A stretch of 64,000 bases of DNA from Octopus sinensis. Taxonomy: Eukaryota. Below are positions 55,740 through 64,000 of the stretch, piece after piece (position 1 is the stretch's first letter; the number at the start of each line of letters is the position of its first letter). The position numbers and the translations under genes are program-made. The DNA is taken from contig NC_043008.1 in the NCBI RefSeq assembly GCF_006345805.1, forward strand, positions 2,480,001-2,544,000, in the 5' to 3' direction. Below the pieces are notes generated by a model that was not told the origin of the DNA, did no database searches, and worked only from the letters and a program-made list of their open reading frames with translations.

Positions 55740-56008
55740 CTCTCATAAGCAAAGTATTGTCTTGACTGATATTGCAAATTATCTATGCCAAATCCCATAC
55801 CTATATCTTTGCTGAAGAGTCTTACAGCTTGTATAAATGAATCTATCTCTTTCTCATTCTTACTAAAATGCCTCGAGGCATCCATGTAGAGCAAATAGGT
55901 AACGTTTCCTTTACTATTTCTGAAATAATACTCTGCCTTTGCCTTCTTTAATACTAAACCGAGTGGGATCAAACAGAAGACAAATATCAAAGGTGAGAAC
56001 GAGTCCCT
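55740..56008 (-). mobile_element. Non-LTR retrotransposon reverse transcriptase fragment (R4/Dong-like), pseudogenised
   Basis: QRDSFSPLIFVFCLIPLGLVLKKAKAEYYF...YLLYMDASRHFSKNEKEIDSFIQAVRLFSKDIGMGFGID matches the QGDSLSP, YMDD (here YMDA) and DIGMEFG motifs. Confidence 0.85.
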
Positions 56009-56009
56009 T

Positions 56010-56215
56010 TGGCAGAATCGTTAGCACGCTAGGGGTATGCTTACCATTATTTCGTCTGCTGCAAGGTTCTGAATTTAAATGTCGTCGTGAATAACATTGC
56101 CTTTCATCCTTTCGGGGGTCAATAAATTAAGAACCGGATGCGTACTCGTGCCGATGTAATCGACTGGCCCCTCCCTCAAAATTTCAGGCCTTGTACCTAT
56201 AGTGGAATGGATCAT
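56010..56215 (+). mobile_element. SINE family B copy
   Basis: GGCAGAATCGTTAGCACGC...TATTTCGTCTG...TTGCCTTTCATCCTTTCGGGGGTCAATAAATTAAG...GATGTAATCGACTGGCCCC...CCTTGTACCTATAG, followed by a simple-repeat tail. Confidence 0.8.
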
Positions 56216-56217
56216 GC

Positions 56218-56310
56218 TTATTATTGTTATTTTTATTTTTATTATTATTATTATATTATTATTATTATTGTTGTTGTTGTTGTTGTTTTTGTTGTTTTTG
56301 TTGTTGTTGT

Positions 56311-56346
<36 letters not shown>

Positions 56347-56500
56347 CAGCAGCAGCAGTAGTTGTAATAATAGTAGAAGTAGTTGTAGTTGTAGTAGCAG
56401 CAGCAGCAGTAGTTTTATTGATAGTAGTAGTAGTAGTAGTAGTGTAGTAGTAGTAGTAGTTTTGTTGTTGTAGCTGAAGTAGAAGCGGTAGCAGCAGCAA
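56218..56500. repeat. Compound trinucleotide array (TAT)n-(TGT)n-(TAG)n-(CAG)n
   Basis: Direct inspection. It is the source of the poly-T/S/V ORFs. Confidence 0.95.
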
Positions 56501-56870
56501 CATGTTTATCAGAACATTCCTAGATTACTGTAAAAGAATTTATACCGAAAGCCGAAATTTCAATTGTGCGTGTTTTCTTGAAAGAAAGCGATATATTTTT
56601 AGATAAAGACTGTTGCATTTGTCACAAATGTATTCAATCCTTTGGGGCAGATTTTAAATTGATTGAATTAATGTTTATACAAGAAATTAATAGTCCCGTG
56701 GCGATCATTGATTTTAACTTAACGTTCACATAATCATATAATCGTACAACCAAACTTATTTAATTATTAATATACTTTCCGGACTAAAATGTCTGTAGAA
56801 TATTTCTAAAATACAATTCTTTTCAGAATCAACGATATTAGAAAATCCACTGCTTTGTTAACCTAGCCTA

Positions 56871-56900
56871 TACGAGGGGTGTTTGAAAAGATTTGAGCTT
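56871..56900 (+). mobile_element. Solo mariner-type terminal repeat fragment
   Basis: TA|TACGAGGGGTGTTTGAAAAG resembles mariner TIR starts and the TIR at 46150. No partner or transposase nearby. Confidence 0.45.
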
Positions 56901-58120
56901 TCAAGACCTTTGAGACTTGAAGTCTTGTACCTTCATCAGAAGTCTTGTACCATGTTTTGTCGTTTTGAGGTACACAATATTTCATACACCCGTCGTAGTT
57001 TCCGGTTATGAGAAACATAACAAGGATTAGACGTTTATGATAGGTATATAGGTGTTGATAGATGAATAGTAGGGTACTAGGACCTGTGAAATGTTTGCCC
57101 ACAAAATACGAACAAACACGGCAGACAGTAGAAAAATGTTGAAACAGTTCCGTATTTCGCGCATAAACCGACAGAGCATAATTAGAAATTAATAGGGAAT
57201 ATTTTTGCTACAATATATGTATTGAGAAGCTTTACTAAAGAAAAGAACTATAATTTAATTACTATTGAGAATATAAGAACTTAGGTTTCTGACAGAGTCC
57301 TTTGCCAGGGAAATAGAGAGAAATTAAGGAAAAGACAGCAGAGTTTTTATCCACTCAAGGAGCACATTTGGCTGCAGATTATAGGGTTGGAGAACCGTAA
57401 GAGTTTGAGAAAGTGCTGGGAGACACAGACAAAATGGGGAAATGTACAGGAGAAAGGGAATGAGGAACAGAATCTAGCTAACTTAGGATTGCTCATTAAA
57501 TTTGGGAAACAGGTCTAGCCGTCCCGAATGGTTTGGGGAGTAAAACGAATTCAAGTATACAAGCCATTCTATCAATGAATAGTGTTCAACATCTTAACCT
57601 TTTCGCCCAAAATTATCGCGGAAACGGGAGGCACAATGTTTCACGATCGAACCAGGTTGCTGAAAGTTTTAAGTTAATGTGTTTCCTTCTAGCCATATAT
57701 TCTTAGTTAGTTCATTAAGACATTTAGAGTAATTAAACTCTACGCTCAAACCGAATTTTCCGTTCGCACAACTAACGACATTGGCTGAATACTCATTCTA
57801 TTCTTCATGACTTTTGTATCTGCCACACTCCTGTCTCTCACAACTTCTGTTCATATATTAGACAGCTGCTGTCCTGTATTCCGTATCAATTACAGAAAAT
57901 TATTGTAAACTAACAGATGTAAAACCCGACTCTTTCTCATTAATTTCTCTTCTATCAACTGAATAACAATTCATTCCTAAACGATGGACATTACACGAGA
58001 CGTGGCAAATACGCTATGTTTTTTAAATCCAATTTATCATGTAAAGCAAGTGCTCCTGGCTCAAACCAACACTTCTAGACAGACAATTTGGGATCTCTCT
58101 ATATACATATATACAGACTT

Positions 58121-58198
<78 letters not shown>

Positions 58199-59516
58199 AT
58201 AGATAACGGACATTAAAAACATTTGGCAATTCAAAATTTAAAATATAAAATTTCTTAGCATAAGGGTATTTTATAGTTTATTCTTATAATGCAATGATAA
58301 ATATCAAATATAAATCACATACAAATGTTCCAATTCTTGAGCATAATATAATTATAAAAATTCATTGGCGTTTTTACCAAGAATATCTTCTGTGTAATTT
58401 CATATCTATATTATGATTTGAGAGCCAATAAGACTGAACTTAAAACTATTTCTTCACAGGCGTGAGCATTATGAATAAACAAACGAAAACAAGGATAAAA
58501 ATAAAACATGAACTATATCTGCATGCTATTAAGTATGATATTCTAAATATATCTTAGTGTATTTTTTTTCTATTTGCAAGGAACCAAAAAGATTTTTTGT
58601 TAATCTATTCAAAAAAGGCCATTGTTAAATAGGAAATAACCCTTTCATTTTTTTGATATGAAAATACATGTTTTTATAATAATACGTTTTTTTAACTATT
58701 GGTAAGTAACAGAATAATATATTTAGAATACTATATAATCTCTAGACGAACAGTAAGTAATATTACAAACTAGATTACATTAATTATTTATAATAATCGT
58801 TATTAAAAATTAAAGATTAATCTTTCAAATTATGTAGGTTATGTAAGAAAGAATCTCCCTAAAAATGATAATATTAACAATATCATAATAACAATATTTC
58901 AGTAGAAATTAAATAAATGCTGAATTAAGCAATAATCCAAAACAAATTATATCACAGTCTTCATAATGTCCTTGTCATAATTATACTTTCGCATACTAAA
59001 AGACATCTCAGTTAAAATTCAGGTTACCTACTTTTTTATAGCAACTCTATATCGTAATGTTTTGTATGTACGGAATAATAAAAGGGACATATTTTACAAA
59101 ATAATCTACAAAGTACTTTTGTAATATGGTGTACAATGAATATTATATATGCAAGAAAAACTTAATCTAAACTTATTTTATTATATAAATATATAAAAAT
59201 TTCTTATTTCCAGCGATTTCAATTTATAGCAATACGTTAATAATCCACTGCTTAAACAATATAATGGTAGAAATATTTAGGGTAGATTCTACGATAAAAT
59301 TTGAAATAAATTGCTATTATAACATTCAAGATTATTCATGATAGAATAACACAACTTTTAAAATTTCTTGAAATTCCAATATTGTTATTATATCGTTTCC
59401 TATATTAAAATTAATGTTAAAATTACTTATTTTGTTAGAGGAATACAATATATTGTAATTCATAGAATATACGCACATACAGACTTAAAACACAAATACC
59501 CACACAAATATACACA

Positions 59517-59580
<64 letters not shown>

Positions 59581-59739
59581 GCAGGAGTGACTGTGTGGTA
59601 AGTAACTTGCTTATCAACCACATGGTTCCGGGTTCAATCCCACTGCGTGGCATCTTGGGCAAGTGTCTTCTGCTATAGCCTCGGGCCGACCAAAGCCTTG
59701 TGAGTGGATTTGGTAGATGGAAACTGAAAGAAGCCCATC

Positions 59740-59740
<1 letters not shown>
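59581..59740 (+). mobile_element. SINE family A, 5' half with Pol III A/B boxes
   Basis: GCAGGAGTGACTGTGTGGTAAG (A-box-like)...GGTTCAATCCC (B box)...GGGCAAGTGTCTTCT...GTGAGTGGATTTGGTAGATGGAAACTGAAAGAAGCCCATCG, then (TA)n. Confidence 0.88.
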
Positions 59741-59773
<33 letters not shown>

Positions 59774-59813
59774 GAAATTATTATAGATAAACACATACAT
59801 TCCCATATGTATA

Positions 59814-59873
<60 letters not shown>

Positions 59874-60128
59874 GTGGATTTTTCATTTTAGGTACAAGAT
59901 CTGCTGGAAAGAATTGTGGCAATAACCAGAATTCGAAATCATGATCCAGTTATATTTGTTACCTTATTCTACGGTGTTTTAGCTGAGACATATTAAATTC
60001 CACTCATTTGCCTGCTTTCTGTTGGTCTGTTTCATATTTTCAGTAAGATTTGTGGTTAAGTTGTCAGTTTTTACTCACACTTTATAATAAGCTGGTGTTC
60101 TGTGTACTATTTAATATAATTAAGAATT

Positions 60129-60184
<56 letters not shown>

Positions 60185-60586
60185 GCCATTGATGTTTATT
60201 TATGAACTTTGGATGCACTTTTGTGAGGGGAGTAAAATTACTTTTTTCAAATATTTTTAATCGTTTGATAAAACAGTTTTAGTCGTTGGACATTTATTTT
60301 ATCTCTGCCTCTTAGTTTTTTTGTTAGTTTATGAATTTTTAGTCGTTTATATTTACCTTTTTGATAGGCCTTTGTACTTGTGTTTTATTTTATTTTATGA
60401 TAATATATATGTTTACCTTTTGTATTTTTTTATGTATATATATTTTTTATGAGTTTAAGAACCAAGGTGATATTTATATGTGACTAAATGTTTGAGGTGT
60501 GGTGTTATATACAAAGTCGATGACCCATATTTAATGTCTGTTCTATAACCAATGCTTCTTCCTAGATATATATATATATATATATA

Positions 60587-60944
60587 GGCGTGGGAGTGGC
60601 TGTGTGGTAAGTAGCTTGCCTACAACTGCGTGGCACCTTCGGCAAGTGTCTTCTACTATTGTGAGTGGATTTGGTAGATGGAAACTGAAAGAAGCCCATC
60701 GTATATACGTATCTATATGTATGTGTGTGTATGTGTTTGTGTGCTTGTGTTTGTCCCCCCAAACATCGCTTGACAACTGATTATGGTGTGTTTACATCCC
60801 CGTAACTTAGCGGTTCGGCAAAAGAGACCGATAGAATAAGTACTAGGCTTACACAGAATAAGTCCTGGGGTCGATGTGTCCGACTAAAAGGCGGTGCTCC
60901 AGCATGGCCACAGTCAAATGACTGAAACAATTAAAAGAGTAAAA
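60587..60944 (+). mobile_element. SINE family A, near full length, with internal deletions that remove the B box
   Basis: Colinear with 59581-59740 but lacking two internal segments. It continues through a TG spacer and the 3' body (GTAACTTAGCGGTTCGGCAAAAGAGACCGATAGAATAAGTAC...GGCGGTGCTCCAGCATGGCCACAGTC). Confidence 0.88.
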
Positions 60945-63900
60945 CGTATATATATATATATATATATATGACGAGGTAAACTGTATTAGCTTTCGTATTT
61001 TATGGGGAAAGTAAGATTTTGATCATTTATGAATTTGACCCTTATTATAAATAGGGGAGTAATAGGGAAGGAATGAGGACTGGTTAATGCCCAAGTCTTA
61101 ATGATGTTCTCTGATGGGTTTTGTGATGAAGAAGTGGCGTGTTCTCATGACGTTTCTGCATCTATGGAAGCAGTATGTCAGTGTAGTTTTGTGAGTTGTT
61201 TTCAGGATGGATGTGGTTGTGTGTAGAAATGTTCAAAGAACTATGTTTCGCATCGTAAGTCAATTGTATACTGAGGTGCTAGCCTGTATGTCAAGAGAAC
61301 CGGTTCGTGTGAAGGATACAAGAGACAGCATCGCTGATATCAAAATTGTGATGGAGGTATTTGCGATGATATCATTTTGTTTATTCTGTTTTGTTTGTTT
61401 CGTTTTATGTTATTTTGAAATCACGTGTATCCAATATCATTCCCCCCAGTGTTGCAGCTTTGTGAATTATGATTTGTTAAAATGTACATAAAACCTAAGT
61501 ACTGCCAGTGTAATTACGTAGGGTTAAATATTGCAGGAAGTTGTCGAACCAAATATATGCTACGCGTTATATTATATTCTTAGTTTCCTCTCTTTATCCC
61601 ACCGGCACAAAACGTCATCACTTAATATGCTCTGTGATTTCTCAGAAGCATTTATTTCTATATCAATGTTTGCTCCACTTATCCATGTATCAAGGGAATT
61701 AACGTGGAATTTTTGAATCACATTTATCGTGTCTTTCAGTAAAATGTTTAGTTTCGTGTGACAATCATTCCTTTAGACATTGTTAAAAGAAAGCTATCTT
61801 CGGCTGAGGAAAGCTATATTCGGCTGAGGAAATTTACATTCTATGTCTTTTAGTGAATTTGCGGTATTCAGTTATATCTATAAGGTTTCGAAATTGTCTG
61901 CTCCTAACATATCAAACCTCCTTCAACAAACAGAAATATACATAATCTGGTTACTTTTGTTGTATTCTAGTTCATATGTATAACAATATTTTCCACTGAG
62001 TCTGAATTGCGTTTACAACGAATAATTAATTATGAATTATAATATTCAGTTTACTTTGACAGTTTCTACCTAGAGAATATAAAGTGAAGTTCTTCCCTCA
62101 AGAAATGGATATACACTATTCAATACAACAAAGCGTATGCACACTAGGTTTCAGAGTCGTACACGATTTCTTAATTTATATTTGAAATATAATTTGAATG
62201 TTATCAGAATTAATTATTGTGGGATGTATGTTTTTATATTTCTAAAACTAATTGGATGTTATTCATATTGAACAATTGAAACTTTGAATAGATTCTTATA
62301 TTAAAGGTTATCAAGATATGTCAAAATATGTCAATGCATGATTTGTTGTGATTATGGAGATGAATCTTGAACGTAAATTATGTTATTTTAACGCAGATTA
62401 TGTTTGCGCTAAGGAAGGTATTTGCGGTGAGTACTGTGGAGTTCTGGTGGTATTAAAGGAACAGGGAGAGGGAAAACAAGATGCCAGCAGCAGAGGAATG
62501 TTTAAAGAACATAGTTGATATTATGCTGATCTGTTAGTTACAGGAGAATATAATGAAGATCGAAATATGAAACCACGCCAGCGGCAGTAAGGATACAGCT
62601 AAAAGAAATATTAAACTTCGCACCTGAGAAACCAGTATGGTAATATGGAATATTATACCTTCAACCTGACCAATAAAAAATGTATACAGCAAAGATAAAA
62701 TCAAATAAATTGAGATTTTACAGATATTTAATATTCAGGTAACTGCTATATTTACTTATGCCGCAAACTATATCTTCTATTAATGAAATTTCCATTTTAA
62801 ATCTAGGGTGAAAAACAAAAAGAAAAGAAAGCGTCAACGGCTGTATTGAAGTAGTAAATTAAATTAATTGTTTTATTTGTTTAAATTGAATTTCGTTATC
62901 TGAGAAGAAGAAGAATGTAATCGACCCAATAACAAGTAACTTTTCATTTGTCTTGCTGAAAAGCAAATTGATCCGGATATATTATAACAAGTATCAAATT
63001 AAGGAGAAAAAATTCTCAAATATCAGCTTGGCTGTATTTATTTAATTCGAAAGTCTTTCTTGGGATAAGATGATATATTTGATAGCTTGAGCTGTCTTAG
63101 TGTATTACATATTACGCAGTATTTATCTAAATGATGAGCCGTTTGCTTCCAGACAGGCTTTGAAAGACAAACGCTGTTTATGTGACAATAAATACAATAG
63201 ACTCAGCTCATTAACCACTTTATGCCTCCATCAGTATGTTATGCAAATGTGGGACACGTCTTTATTTTCCTCATATTTTAAATTTTCTTGCTGCATTTTG
63301 TTTATACAGAATGCAGCATCGGATTATTAGAAGTAATGTTTCTGTAAAAAATAATTTCAAAATTAGTATTTCACTTTGTTATGCTTGCATGCGTACGCTT
63401 ATGATTATATAGATTTAGGGAAATAGAGATGTAAACCTTACTGTAAACTTATCGAAGAAGCGAATCACGTTAGATTTTTTTACGTTCGAAATCACACCTA
63501 TACTTAAACTTAGTACACTAAATAGTTTTTGTAATTTTGAATAACTGAATTACCTGCAGGTGATCTGGAACTGTATACAAACAAATAATTGGTTCAAGCA
63601 AAGCATATCACTTAATTAACATGTTCAAAAATATCTCTCATTATATAGCAATTTTGAAGACGACTAGATGTGCGTATACACTTTAGACATGACATTCAAC
63701 ATCCACAAATGTATGCCTACAACATAGAGGAAGTCGGAAGTAAATACATATTTATATAGTTCGTAATCTACTCCTCTTCATAATTGACGTATTGGCTGCA
63801 AAGTTACATAATGCAACTTTTTTATGAATGGTTAATTGGTCGCAACACACGATACGAGGAAAGGGAACGAGGTTGAAATACCATTAGTAGTTCAATTTCA

Positions 63901-64000
63901 AACAGTGTATATATATAATCTTTCCTAATAAATCAGTAAACATTTATAAGTTATTTTTCCTCGATGACTAATTGAATTGTTTTTGAGTATATGTTGTCTG

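Noticed and set aside
56900-56960. CTGATGA...GAAA on minus as a hammerhead
   Set aside because: No stem II adjacent to the core. The pattern comes from a local duplication of GAAGTCTTGTACC.
53290-59660. tRNA-like sequences at 53290 and 59581 as tRNA genes
   Set aside because: They do not complete a cloverleaf and continue into SINE bodies, so they are SINE heads.
61790-61832. 20-bp tandem duplication AAAGCTAT(C/A)TTCGGCTGAGG
   Set aside because: An ordinary local slippage duplication.
62440-62600. Possible RTE LINE 3' remnant (GIKGTGRGKTR...)
   Set aside because: The match to the GKRGRGRP motif is too short and degenerate.

Overview
An AT-rich eukaryotic window full of microsatellites, and apparently non-coding (intronic or intergenic). 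The SINE families and the (TA)n/(CA)n/(GATA)n load suggest an octopus or other coleoid cephalopod; this is inferred from recognised repeat motifs, not from a database search. I could not identify any host protein-coding gene. Almost all ORF-track entries are translations of microsatellites or chance ORFs. The only recognisable protein homologies are decayed transposons: two mariner transposase fragments (46.15-46.8 kb, minus; 53.6-54.1 kb, plus), a non-LTR reverse transcriptase fragment (55.7-56.0 kb, minus) and weaker LINE remnants. The most interesting signal is RNA structure. At 24.9-26.0 kb a ~310-350 nt unit occurs as a head-to-tail tandem plus an inverted copy, and each unit carries a minimal type I hammerhead ribozyme; one copy has an intact catalytic core. 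This is the architecture of a retrozyme or a Penelope-like pseudo-LTR. Two unrelated hammerhead-like families occur at 8.5 kb and 37.4 kb. Three further long inverted-repeat pairs with similar 360-440 bp spacers could form dsRNA stems.
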